From Eledone cirrhosa (Eukaryota), in assembly GCA_964016885.1 (NCBI GenBank), contig CAXHJY010000066.1:1-38196 (forward strand): a stretch of DNA of 38,196 nt, read 5' to 3'. The notes under the pieces were generated by a model. That model saw nothing but the letters and a program-made list of their open reading frames with translations. It was not told where the DNA came from and did no database searches. Position 1 is the stretch's first letter. Every line of letters starts with the position of its first letter. The position numbers and the translations under genes were made by a program. Shown here one piece after another: positions 1 through 12,881 of this stretch.

Positions 1-283
1 TTGAATGAATGGATTCGAATGGAGAGAAGAATCGAGAAAAATATTTGAACGTTACTTTATACCGATGGAACAGCCATCCCAGAAATAGCGAGTTGGCGAT
101 TTTGATTAATTTTGGTAGGGTTTATCTTACATGTATAGAGAGGGAGGGGGGGGGGGGCAGGAACCAGCATGATGTATGGGTAGGGGGTAGTAGATGGGAT
201 GGAGCATAGAGGTTAAGAGTTTAAATAGGCACTCGAAGTTTTGCGTAAAACTTAGCAAGTTTAACAAAATATATTTAAAGGAA

Positions 284-350
284 TATTATATATATATATT
301 ATATATATATATATTATATATATATATATATTATATATATATATTATATA

Positions 351-393
<43 letters not shown>

Positions 394-525
394 ATTATAT
401 ATATATATATTATATATATATATTATATATATATATTATATATTATATATATATATTATATATTATATATATATATTATATATTATATATATATTTTATA
501 TATATATATATTATATATATATATC

Positions 526-561
<36 letters not shown>

Positions 562-930
562 ATATATATTATATATATATATATATTATATATATTATAT
601 ATATATTATATATATATATTATATATATATATATTATATATATAATATTATTATATTACGGCTCTGTCCTCAGACATTGAGCTAACCTCATACTGCCTGC
701 TGGATAAGTGGAGTGTTATCCTTTCCCTAGCATACTATATTATATATATATATTATATATATATATTATAAATATTATATATATATATTATATATATATA
801 TATATTATATATATATATTATAAATATTATATATATATATTATATATATATATATTATATATATATATTATATATATATATATATTATATATATATATTA
901 TATATATATATATTATATATATATATATAT

Positions 931-985
<55 letters not shown>

Positions 986-1109
986 TATATATATATATAT
1001 ATATTATATATATTTTATATTATATATTATATATATTATATATTATATATATTATATATTATATATATTATATATATTATATATATATATATTATATATA
1101 TATATATAT

Positions 1110-1140
<31 letters not shown>

Positions 1141-1260
1141 ATATAAATATATTATATATATATATATTATATATATATATTATATATATATATTATATAT
1201 ATATATTATATATATATATTATATATATATATTATATATTATATATATATTTTATATATA

Positions 1261-1330
<70 letters not shown>

Positions 1331-1926
1331 TATATATATTATATATATATTATATATATATATTATATATATATATATTATATATATATATTATATATAT
1401 ATATTATATATATTATATATATATATTATATATATATATATTATATATATATATTATATATATATATATATTATATATATATATTATATATATATATTAT
1501 ATATATATATATATATTATATATATATATATTATATATATATATATATTATATATATATTTTATATATATATATATATATATTATATATATTTTATATTA
1601 TATATTATATATATTATATATATTATATATTATATATATTATATATATTATATATATATATATTATATATATATATATATTATATATATATATATATTAT
1701 ATATATATTATATATATATATTATATATATATATATATTATATATATATATTATATATATATATTATATATATATGTTAAATATATATATTATATATATA
1801 TATTATATATTATATATATATATATTATATATATATATATTATATATATATATATTATATATATATAAATATTTCATATATATATATTATATATATATAT
1901 ATATTATGGCTGAAACAGGTAAAAGA

Positions 1927-1994
<68 letters not shown>

Positions 1995-2074
1995 ATATAT
2001 ATTATATATATATAAATATTTCATATATATATATTATATATATATATATATTATGGCTGAAACAGGTAAAAGAG

Positions 2075-2143
<69 letters not shown>

Positions 2144-2171
2144 ATATACTCTTGTACCTGTTTCAGCCATA

Positions 2172-2202
<31 letters not shown>

Positions 2203-2213
2203 ATGAAATATTT

Positions 2214-2304
<91 letters not shown>

Positions 2305-2364
2305 AAATATATATATATATAAATATATATATATATTATATATATATATATTATATATATATAT
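284..2364. repeat. Interrupted (TA)n microsatellite tract with an 80-bp unique island at 656-735 and 24-bp LINE tail remnants at 1906-2170
   Basis: Direct reading: TA dinucleotides interrupted mostly by extra T (TATTATA). All Y/I-rich ORFs in the track derive from such tracts. Confidence 0.98.
1906..2170. repeat. Three 24-bp copies of the 3' terminus of the CR1-like LINE family at 34201 (two +, one -)
   Basis: ATGGCTGAAACAGGTAAAAGA(A/G)TA at 1906 and 2053, inverted at 2147-2170; matches the reverse complement of 34207-34230. Confidence 0.85.
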
Positions 2365-3250
<886 letters not shown>

Positions 3251-3357
3251 AATAATAATAAAATTGAAGACTAAAATCCAAAGAGGGCTCGATAAGGAAA
3301 ATATATATCAAATATATAAAAACCGTAGAGCAAATATTTATTAAAATAACAGATTAA

Positions 3358-3408
3358 AGTTTAAGCAAAGAATCGCTGCTTTCACCCTTAACGGGATCTT
3401 CTGAAACT
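3358..3408 (-). ncRNA. Type I hammerhead-like motif with CAGAAGA core (U4A)
   Basis: Minus: agttt CAGAAGA t-ccc-gttaa-ggg-t GAA agca-gcgattctt-tgct T aaact. All three stems pair; identical copy at 33548-33598. Confidence 0.6.
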
Positions 3409-4331
3409 AACAAAGTCAATCTGTAAACGCAGAACTGGATATTTCAAAAAACGTTGCAACCGGAGGAAGACAGGAAGACGATACTTTGGTTCGTGGTGAC
3501 GTTCGCTGGCAAAGAACGGGAAAAAACAAATAATACGTCATTAATAGAAGCGGTGAAAAACAATTACGCGCAAAGACAGAACCACGTTCATGGTATAAAA
3601 GAGGTCGTAGACTAATGTTCTCTTAGGTGGTGCATAGAGACGTTCTCTGGCAATGAACGAAAAAACGAAGATAATAAGTCATATGTGGAGCGTGGAGAAC
3701 AATAGCACGCGAAGACAAAACCACGTAAATGGTATAGCAGAAATCGTAGACTAAAATACTAACTAGGAGACCGAATGAATCTCCGCTACAGAGTTAAGAA
3801 CAAAGTAAATAAATACAATACAGAAGTAATAAAAACAAATAAATACATACACGCCAGCAGATACGTACATACACAAGCATCCGCAAAACCTTACCATAGG
3901 TATACGAAGCCACGCACATATAAATATGTGTGTGTGTGTATGCTTGTGTACATATAAATAAATAATTATATAAACGTATATAAGTAAATAAATACGTATA
4001 TAACAAGCGCACGCACATACCTACAGATAAATACACGAATGTTCGGAGACGTAAGTCAACTAAAACAAGAAGTACACATATACACACACCCACCATACGT
4101 ACGGACCTCTATACTCACGCAGACGCAAAACTCCCGTATACACATAGCCAAACCCTAAATACCAGAATATGTAAAAATTATACACCATAACAGTCAAATA
4201 TACGTACGAGAAGGTATACATACCTTCACAAAACATACGGGTAATATATACTTACCTATGCAAATAAGTAAAGGAATAAACATATACTTAGCTCCCGCAT
4301 CAAGACGTAAAATATCCACGTATAGATCGTG

Positions 4332-5267
4332 CTATCCGTTGGGGTATATCGTGGGGCTGTAATACAGGAAAGTTTTGTGCAATTTATGTTTACAAGCCGA
4401 AATTGCCTCGGATTTTTTGTTTAAGATGCGGTCTGTGGCGTAGAGTATTTCCAGGGCCTCAGCGGCACAGAGGTCACATGGTCTTTTATTTCCGTAATAC
4501 GATCTAGCCCTAGCTAGGATCTCCCAGTGTAACTTATATTGGGTGTGGTTGTCTTTTAGACTCCAGATATAAGCTGAAAGTGACGTCATATTCCTTCTTA
4601 GAGGGTAACGAAAAGAATGGGTATGCATGTAAAGGCGCTGCTTGAAACTATTGGCGGTTAACCCTATGTAGGCCCTACGGGACGTGGGTGTTACAACCTT
4701 ACATTTGTAGACAATGTTACTAGATAGGCATTTCCCGGATAGGGGGCAATCAGCCCGATTCCTACAATTACAGTTAGTACTAACTACAGGGTTGCACGTG
4801 TTCCTACGGCTAGGTAGTTTAGCTAAATTTGAAGCTGTGATGTTATGTGCAAGGTTAGGAGTCGTAGAGTAAGAAATTTTAATAGTATTTCTATTAAAAA
4901 TTTTACTATATTTATGTGTAGGGGGAAAATGCTTCGTAATAAGGGAAAGGAAGATCTTAGCTAATGGTGTGGCCACCTCCATATTATATGGTGGGTTAAA
5001 CCAACAAATGCGACGGGATCTATTTCTTCTAGGTCTATTTTCGTACTCTGTATAAGCTACTTTATCGACAAATCCACTTCGAGCAAGAGCTTCATTGTAA
5101 TAAGTGGAATGGTCGTTGAAAATGCGCTCGTTGGTGGAAAGACAGGAAAGCCTCAACGAAACGTTTTTTACCAGGTTCTTGGTTATGCTGGCAGGATGGT
5201 TGGAATGCTTACTTATGTAATTAAGCGTATCATTCGGCTTTCTATACGGGTAATACAACCCATTCAA
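4332..5267 (-). pseudogene. C-terminal part of PLE protein (RT thumb, Cys-rich linker, GIY-YIG endonuclease), Naiad-like
   Basis: Motifs (LDVTLNL)..PYRKP, WFNPPY, KHFP..H..KIFNRNTIKISYS, CNC..CPLSGKC, IVY..YIGLT..FKQR..H, CDLC..E, LNKKSE..CKH. The frame continues to about 5290, where the element is truncated. Confidence 0.9.
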
Positions 5268-5335
5268 TAAATTGAGGGTAACGTCGAGGGAATTCTAAAG
5301 CTGGCCAGTCGAATATATATATATATAATATATAT

Positions 5336-5347
<12 letters not shown>

Positions 5348-5369
<22 letters not shown>

Positions 5370-5574
5370 ATAGGAACCAGTAAGACCCCGACAGCTGAGC
5401 TCAAGCCGTTTCGACGGCTAATTCTGGACTAATTCAATCCAGAATTAGCCGTCGAAACGGCTTGAGCTCAGCTGTCGGGGTCTTACTGGTTCCTATTACC
5501 CACTCTACTACCTCAAGTATTGAGTACTTTGGTGCGTTATGGTCCACCTGGTTCCTTACCACATTTCCTTCGTT
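5348..5574 (+). mobile_element. Palindromic PLE-type terminal fragment, family C, containing the 3' half of an HHR
   Basis: ~60-bp inverted arms around 5420 plus a ~76-nt tail. ...gaattagccgtc GAAA cggct-tgagctc-agctg TC ggggt gives stem II 3' side, stem III and a GUC site. Confidence 0.75.
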
Positions 5575-5625
5575 ATATATATAATATATATATATATATA
5601 TAATATATATATATATAATATATAT

Positions 5626-5691
<66 letters not shown>

Positions 5692-5730
5692 ATATATATA
5701 TTATATATATATATATATTATATATATATT

Positions 5731-5894
5731 CTGGACTAATTCTGGACTAATTCAGTCCAGAATTAGCCGTCGAAACGGCTTGAGCTCAGCTGTCGGGGTC
5801 TTACTGGTTCCTATTACCCACTCTACTACCTCAAGTATTGAGTACTTTGGTGCGTTATGGTCCACCTGGTTCCTTACCACATTTCCTTCGTTAT
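5731..5894 (+). mobile_element. Tandem duplicate of the family C long arm, duplicated together with its downstream TA tract
   Basis: 5745-5894 is near-identical to 5425-5574. The interruption pattern of TA tract 5575-5728 is repeated at 5895-6048. Confidence 0.85.
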
Positions 5895-5945
5895 ATATAT
5901 ATAATATATATATATATATATAATATATATATATATAATATATAT

Positions 5946-6011
<66 letters not shown>

Positions 6012-6057
6012 ATATATATATTATATATATATATATATTATATATATATATATATAT

Positions 6058-6089
<32 letters not shown>

Positions 6090-6095
6090 ATATAT

Positions 6096-6152
<57 letters not shown>

Positions 6153-6173
6153 ATATATATTATATATATATAT

Positions 6174-6572
6174 ATTCGACTGGCCAGCTTTAGAATTCCC
6201 TTTTTGTTATATTAATCTGCGAGAATCCTGGTTATCGAGTTGAGCTCTGCTGATGATGAATTCCAACCGTGACCATCTCCGCTGAAAGTTTTCATGAAAT
6301 AGTCTTACGACTATACAGAGCATTTGAAGTTTTTCCAAATTGAAAGATAGGTATCTTGAACTTTATTTTATCATGAGTTAAGGCTCTATTGATTTTTCCC
6401 TGGATTTCACTAAATTCTGTGGATGAATTTATATCCTGATTCTCTTTAAGATGAGTTTAAATTATTTTTCCCACATCTTACGTTAACTATTTTTCCCATT
6501 TTGACGCTATAGTCACTTATATACTATGGAATGCTGTTCGCTTTTCGCTGCAGTGTTTTCTATACCTTTCAT
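6174..6572 (+). mobile_element. HHR-bearing PLE-type terminal fragment, family G
   Basis: Unique island between TA tracts with a complete HHR; no ORF recognised. Confidence 0.55.
6244..6321 (+). ncRNA. Type I hammerhead ribozyme with full stem III
   Basis: gctctg CTGATGA tgaa...ttca-t GAA atagtc-ttac-gactat A cagagc. 6-bp stem I, 6-bp stem III, AUA cleavage triplet. Confidence 0.85.
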
Positions 6573-6710
6573 TTATATATTATATATATATTATATATAT
6601 ATATTATATATATATATTATATATATATATTATATATATATATATTATATATATATATATTATATATATATATATTATATATATATATATTATATATATA
6701 TATATTATAT
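6573..6710. repeat. (TA)n tract with near-regular 11-13-nt TATT periodicity
   Basis: Direct reading. Confidence 0.95.
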
Positions 6711-7302
6711 AAATTAAAATATGATACACACTTACGTGTTTTTGTTGTAATTGACAATAAAATAGCTAGAATGAAATATCTTAATTCAAATACATATAGT
6801 CTGCCTGTGTCGATCTAAAAAATAATAAATAAATACTCACAAACACATATCGGCAAAAGGCCTTGGTACCTAGACACGTTTAAATTTCAAAATACAAACT
6901 TTTTCCGCAGATCAGTCCGAACTTCAAAATTTAAACATGTTTCACAAAAGATGGTATAATAGTGAAATAATTAATTAATTAGTAGTGAGATAATTAATTT
7001 TCTGTGTTTATCAATAGGTACCCAGATAAATTAAGTAACTTCACCTCGGAAAAATATCTAAGGTCTAGTTAACGTAGCGAAAATACACAAGGTTTTGCAC
7101 ACGAATTATTCCAGTCCTCTAGCCTCCCATACTCATAGTGCTAGAAATAACAGCCGTTTATATGGGATTACAAATTCAGCTCAACTGAGGGAGCAGTAAT
7201 ATAATATAATTTAGAGTTTACACTCAATGGGGTCATTTACAATTATTTTAGCTCTAAGAATCACTTCTGAGCAGTATAAATTAATATATGATACACACTT
7301 AC

Positions 7303-8735
7303 ATGAGTTGCGATTTGGATTTTTGTTTGGGACGGATAGCACGGGGCCCAAGCCTTGGGTGTATTTTGACGGTGATGCCAACATCATTTGGGCAGTGCTA
7401 ATGAAACATTTTCCACATCATGCAGATAATATAACACTCACGGCGACGTTGGAGTGAGTAAAGTTTCAGCTTTTCTAGTCGACCCCAGTAGTCAAGGTCT
7501 GACATGCCATCTATCTTTTTCGTGATTGCCCTACGGGGAGCTTCAAGTTTCATGATACTTTGTTTCGTGTGGGGAGACCACAGTGGACAACAGTATTCAA
7601 GGTGTGGTCGGGCGAAAGTGGAGAAGAGAAGGATAATGGTGTGGGAATCTCTCGACTGAAATGGATGAAACCCTTTATGCTGTTGAGGCATTCCTTGAAG
7701 CATGGTAGAGGCGTTTGGGGTGGCCTATAGAGCCCAACTACTATTAGGTTGTTGGTTTGACTGAATACAGTGACTGCTTCGCAGTATCCATTAGTGAATA
7801 TGTTCATAGCCTCTGTTGAGAAAGAATTATGGACATAAATGGCAGTCCCACCCTTTCTTCTGCCAGCGCGATCAGCACGGATGGCTTTGAAATTTTTCAC
7901 TTTCACCTCGGCTTCCAAGTGGAGGTTACTGAGATGGGTTTCAGTGAGGACCAAGAAAGTGATGTGGTTTGGATGGACATCAACCCAGTCCTCCAGGAAT
8001 TTGATCTTCCATTTTTGAGTATTGGTGGAAGGGCTGATGCCTTGGGCGTTAAGCAAAAAATGTTGAGGTGAGAGTGGATGGTTTTAATTGTTTTGGTGTG
8101 TTGTTAATTTGTTTGTTTGTTTGTTAATGGCAGCAATGGGAGTTTGTGCAGTGGGGTGATAGTGGAGGGTGGTGCTGGGTGATAGCTCGTATGTTTTTTT
8201 CCATTTCTTTTGCCAGATTCATTATGGCTAAAAAAGAGGAAGAAGTTTCCTGTTTAGGAGACTGTTGGTGACTGTGGTAGTGGTTATTTTTATGTAGGTT
8301 ATGGTTTTTGTTTTTGCTTTTATTTTTATTTTTATTTTCATTTGTCCGACGGGTCCCCGGGAGATGGGTAAAGGGACAATCCCGGTGTAAACACAATCTG
8401 TCTCACAGGGAAAAGCAGTAGATTTGTGGATTCCTTGTTTGAGTTATTGGTGGTTGTGTTGGTGTTAAATTAGGGTATGTATTATGGTGGTGGCTGTTTG
8501 TGGGGATAGACCGTTTTGTCCTAGGTAAATGGATGAATTTGCAGCCACTATCCGTACATATTCTATAGCGGAGAGAGTAAGCGGCAAATGATGGGGTTTC
8601 GAGTGGGTGTGTATGTGTGTGTGTTGTGAGAGGTGTGTTGTGAGTAGGTTTTGACGACCTTTGTGGGCTGTAGGAGGGAGAGTTCTTGTATTGGGTATAG
8701 AAGGTAAATTCCTTGAGATAGCAGTAGGCAAAGAT

Positions 8736-8805
<70 letters not shown>

Positions 8806-8973
8806 GCAGAGGACATGTTGGCAGAGGTGATGATTGGACTGCTGGGGCAGAGAAAGGAAGAGGCGTTTCCTGCTGTGAGACAGTGACTACTGGGAGGTCA
8901 ATAGTTTCATTTAGTAGATCGGCCATTGTTGATGGACCAAGGAGTGGTTCACACTGTTGTTGTTGTCGTTGTA

Positions 8974-8975
<2 letters not shown>
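7303..8975 (-). mobile_element. Internally deleted, degenerate CR1-group LINE
   Basis: ORF1 from ATG 8926 with an (ACT)n poly-Thr tract and two CxxxxCxFxH fingers. The ORF2 APE N-terminus (LNAQG, LTETHL, RADR..GG, YRPP) is joined near 7662 directly to the ORF2 C-terminus (RPHLEYCCPLWSP, LYSLQRRRE). Confidence 0.85.
8736..8804. repeat. (TAG)n microsatellite inside LINE ORF1
   Basis: Direct reading. Confidence 0.95.
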
Positions 8976-9009
<34 letters not shown>

Positions 9010-9130
9010 GGAGGTGAGTTTTATTGTAGTACAATAAAGCAATGCAGATATCGGATAAGAAGCACTCTACAGTTTGTGGGACTGGAGTATGCATAATATA
9101 AGATCAAAAGATGGTTAAAGGAGTTCCATA

Positions 9131-9202
9131 TATTTTATTATGCGCATTTCAAAAACAAACATCATCAAAACAATAATATTTGTGTTTTCATCAGATAAAA
9201 CA
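9131..9202 (-). ncRNA. Minimal type I HHR, family D
   Basis: Mirror image of 9303-9373. Confidence 0.8.
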
Positions 9203-9302
9203 GGAGAACATGATATGAAGGCTAAAAAACACTTGTTGATAGTGCAGTTGATTTAAAACTGCACTATCAACAAGTGTTTTTAGCCTTCATATCATGTTCT
9301 CC

Positions 9303-9373
9303 TGTTTTATCTGATGAAAAACACAAATATATTGTTTGATGATGTTTGTTTTTGAAATGCGCATAATAAAATA
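9303..9373 (+). ncRNA. Minimal type I HHR, family D
   Basis: tgttttat CTGATGA [aaaac-acaaatat...atgtttgt-tttt] GAAA tgcgca TA ataaaata; palindromic helix III ATGCGCAT. Confidence 0.85.
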
Positions 9374-9402
9374 TATGGCACTCTTTAACCATCTTTTGAT
9401 CT

Positions 9403-10018
<616 letters not shown>

Positions 10019-10356
10019 CATCATCATCATCATCATCATCAACGTTTAACGTCCGTGTTCCACGCTTGCATGGGTTTGGACGGGGGTAGTCCCACTTGAG
10101 GCAAGAGTGATTGTCTTGCTCGCATAGGACTGTCTGGCAGGTTTTCTACAGTTGGATGCCCTTCCTAACACCAACCACATTTACAGTGTGGGTCTGGGAG
10201 GTTTTTACCGTGTTGCCTACACGGCCACATTACAGCGTGGACTGTGTGGTTTTTTTGTCGTGACACCTACACGATCTCATTTGTTTCGGCCTCGATGGCG
10301 CGGCACCAACATAACTTACATAGAACGGGGTGGTGTGGATGGGGTGGGGGTGGTGA
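10019..10356 (-). mobile_element. RTE-derived non-autonomous/SINE-like element (or the 3' end of a truncated RTE)
   Basis: (TGA)n tail preceded by CGGACGTTAAACG. Internal GGTGTTAGGAAGGGCATCC motif shared with the 5' UTR of the RTE at 27019-27040 and with 16835-16853. Confidence 0.8.
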
Positions 10357-10566
10357 TATATATATATATATTATATTATATATATATATATTATATGTAT
10401 ATATATTATATTATATGTATATATATTATATTATATATATATATTATATTATATTATATATATATATATTATATATATATATATTATATATGTATATATA
10501 ATATATATATATATATATATTATATTATAGTATTATAGTATATATATTATATATATATATGTATAT

Positions 10567-10616
<50 letters not shown>

Positions 10617-10986
10617 TATATATATATATATATATTATATATATATATATATTATATATATATATATATATATTATATTATATATATATATATATTATAT
10701 TATATATATATATATATATATAATATATATAATATATTATATATATATTATATATATTATATATATATATATATATATATTATATTATATATATATATAT
10801 ATATATAACGAAGGAAATGTGGTAAGGAACCAGGTGGAACATAACGCCCCAAAGTACTCAATACTTAGGGCAGTAGAGTGGGTAATAGGAACCAGTAGGA
10901 CCCCGACGGCTGAGCTCAAGCCGTTTCGACGGCTAATTCTGGACAGAATTAGCCGTCCAGAATTAGCCGTCGGGGTCCTACTCGTT

Positions 10987-11034
<48 letters not shown>

Positions 11035-11046
11035 ATATTATATATA

Positions 11047-11121
<75 letters not shown>

Positions 11122-11137
11122 ATATATATATATATAT

Positions 11138-11174
<37 letters not shown>

Positions 11175-11246
11175 TATATATATATATATATTATATTATA
11201 TATATATTTATATATATATATTATATTATATATATATATATATAAA

Positions 11247-11301
<55 letters not shown>

Positions 11302-11422
11302 ATATATATTATATATATATATTATATATATATATATATTATATATATATATTATATATATATATATATTATATATATATATATATTTGTTTACATGTAA
11401 TAAAATATATATATATATATAT
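10357..11422. repeat. Interrupted (TA)n tract split by the family C insertion
   Basis: Direct reading. Confidence 0.95.
10806..10990 (-). mobile_element. Independent family C palindromic insertion
   Basis: Diverged reverse-complement copy of 5348-5574 with the same two outer ends. The short arm has a duplicated CAGAATTAGCCGTC and lacks stem III. Confidence 0.85.
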
Positions 11423-11570
11423 TTGTTTACATGTAATGTAATTCAGACTTTTCTGTACACACACAACATTTAGGAAAACGGAAACAAAATACACAAAAAA
11501 CAGACATTTTATTTCTATCGTAATCAAGTGCGCTAAACCTATATTGTTTACATTCTGTGTTTTTCTACGG

Positions 11571-12881
11571 ATGGGTAGAAATAACAAAATTGCCATGGTG
11601 ATATCCATCGATGAAATATGCGACAAAACCGGCCGATGTCCCAAAATAGAACATTGCCCAGAAAATCACATCTGCCATATCTGTGCGGAACCCGAAAACT
11701 CGTTCCGTAATCGCTGGGTCGAATGTGGAACCTGTCGCATCTCTGTCTGCCTTCAATGCGCCACAGGCTTCCGGAGGATCCCAGGCCAAAAAAAGAAACA
11801 TCATAATGCTATGATGGATGGAATATGGGAGATGGTCCAGCTAAAATCCTGGTCCTTTCAGTGTCTGGCCTGTGTGCCTGCCTCCACGAATGTTATTAAT
11901 GTTATTGAAAAACAACAACAACAACAACAACAACAAAAAGCAATGATTGTGTCTTCCTCTACCATTGTTACTGAACAACGGCAAAAACCTATGACACTGG
12001 CTTCTACTGTTATTCCTGTGGGAGAACATCAGAAACAACAACAACCCATGTCTTCCACTCCCAGTACATCTCGACACCAACAACTGGTGACTGTGTCTTC
12101 CCCTATCATTCCCGTGGAGGAACATCATCATCACCAACAACAACAACAGCAACAACCTGCGACTGTGTCCTCCCCTGCCATTCCCGTGGAGGAGCATCAT
12201 CATCACCAACAACGACAGCAGCAGCAGCAACAACAACAACAACAACAACCGACCAGTACAGATTTTGTGGAACTGCAACTAATGATTTCTGCTCTGAGAA
12301 GGGAAGTTGCAGGAATAGAGGCAAGCATTCGGGTAGGACCCCACAATGAGGGGTCTTATCGGAATGCCTTGCTAAAGAATCTCCCTGTACCTCTTGCTGA
12401 AAAGACTGAAAAGACTGCGGAATCTGCTACCCATGAAGTGATTGCCATTGGGGTACCAGAGGACAAGGCTGATCTTCAGGCATTTGCTGCCAGCTCAGCC
12501 AAAGACCTAGGCTGTGTTCCCCCAAAGGGTGCCCTCCGCCTTGGTCGACCTGGTCCAAAACCCAGACTCATCAGGCTGTCTTTCTCGGACCCCGCAGAGG
12601 CAACCTCATATCATCTGGCCTCTGCTAAAGCTGGGCGTGAAAATCGGATTACCTTCCGAACACGCCCAGGCCTACTACCCCATATACGTCCAAAACTACG
12701 TGCTGCAGCTTCCTTGAATCGGAACTCAGCACAAGATGAAAGTTTCAGTCTGCGTGATGATGGGCAGATCTGGAGGTTTGTCAAGGCTGGTGAAACGTGG
12801 AAGAGAGATACCAGCTGGTCTGAGTGTGATCTACCCACAATAACTGGCGATGTAAAAACTGCTACAACTCTGGGAAATTAA
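11571..12881 (+). CDS. LINE ORF1 with N-terminal PHD-like Cys finger and polyQ/H linker
   Basis: CHIC..WVECGTC...CLQC...FQCLAC; C-terminal IAIGVPE...RLGRPGPKPRLIRL typical of CR1-group ORF1. First in-frame ATG at 11571. Confidence 0.85.
   Translation: MGRNNKIAMVISIDEICDKTGRCPKIEHCPENHICHICAEPENSFRNRWVECGTCRISVCLQCATGFRRIPGQKKKHHNAMMDGIWEMVQLKSWSFQCLACVPASTNVINVIEKQQQQQQQQKAMIVSSSTIVTEQRQKPMTLASTVIPVGEHQKQQQPMSSTPSTSRHQQLVTVSSPIIPVEEHHHHQQQQQQQPATVSSPAIPVEEHHHHQQRQQQQQQQQQQQPTSTDFVELQLMISALRREVAGIEASIRVGPHNEGSYRNALLKNLPVPLAEKTEKTAESATHEVIAIGVPEDKADLQAFAASSAKDLGCVPPKGALRLGRPGPKPRLIRLSFSDPAEATSYHLASAKAGRENRITFRTRPGLLPHIRPKLRAAASLNRNSAQDESFSLRDDGQIWRFVKAGETWKRDTSWSECDLPTITGDVKTATTLGN

Larger units (their letters stand above)
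3251..5290 (-). mobile_element. 5'-truncated Penelope-like element, Naiad-type (family A): ORF 3' third, ~1 kb 3' UTR, HHR and tail
   Basis: ORF with thumb, linker and GIY-YIG; HHR near the 3' end; a second copy of the 3' UTR at 33524-34104. Confidence 0.9.

Noticed and set aside
1-283. Possible PLE-related fragment (TCGAGTGC on the minus strand, purine-rich)
   Set aside because: Truncated by the window edge, with no ORF motif or HHR to support a call.
656-735. Type II hammerhead on the minus strand
   Set aside because: No UH after stem III and no convincing stems I and II.
3410-5267. Selenocysteine/SECIS, as known for some Naiad elements
   Set aside because: No in-frame TGA in the retained ORF; the AUGA sites examined in the 3' UTR lack the apical AA and the SECIS fold.
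5348-5894. CRISPR-like repeats or a DNA-transposon MITE
   Set aside because: No regular spacers or cas genes. The asymmetric tail and HHR half match the PLE terminal pattern.
6830-6865. U2 snRNA-like GGCCTTTTG..GTAT on the minus strand
   Set aside because: No GTGTAGTA branch-pairing sequence or 5' end match; similarity too weak.
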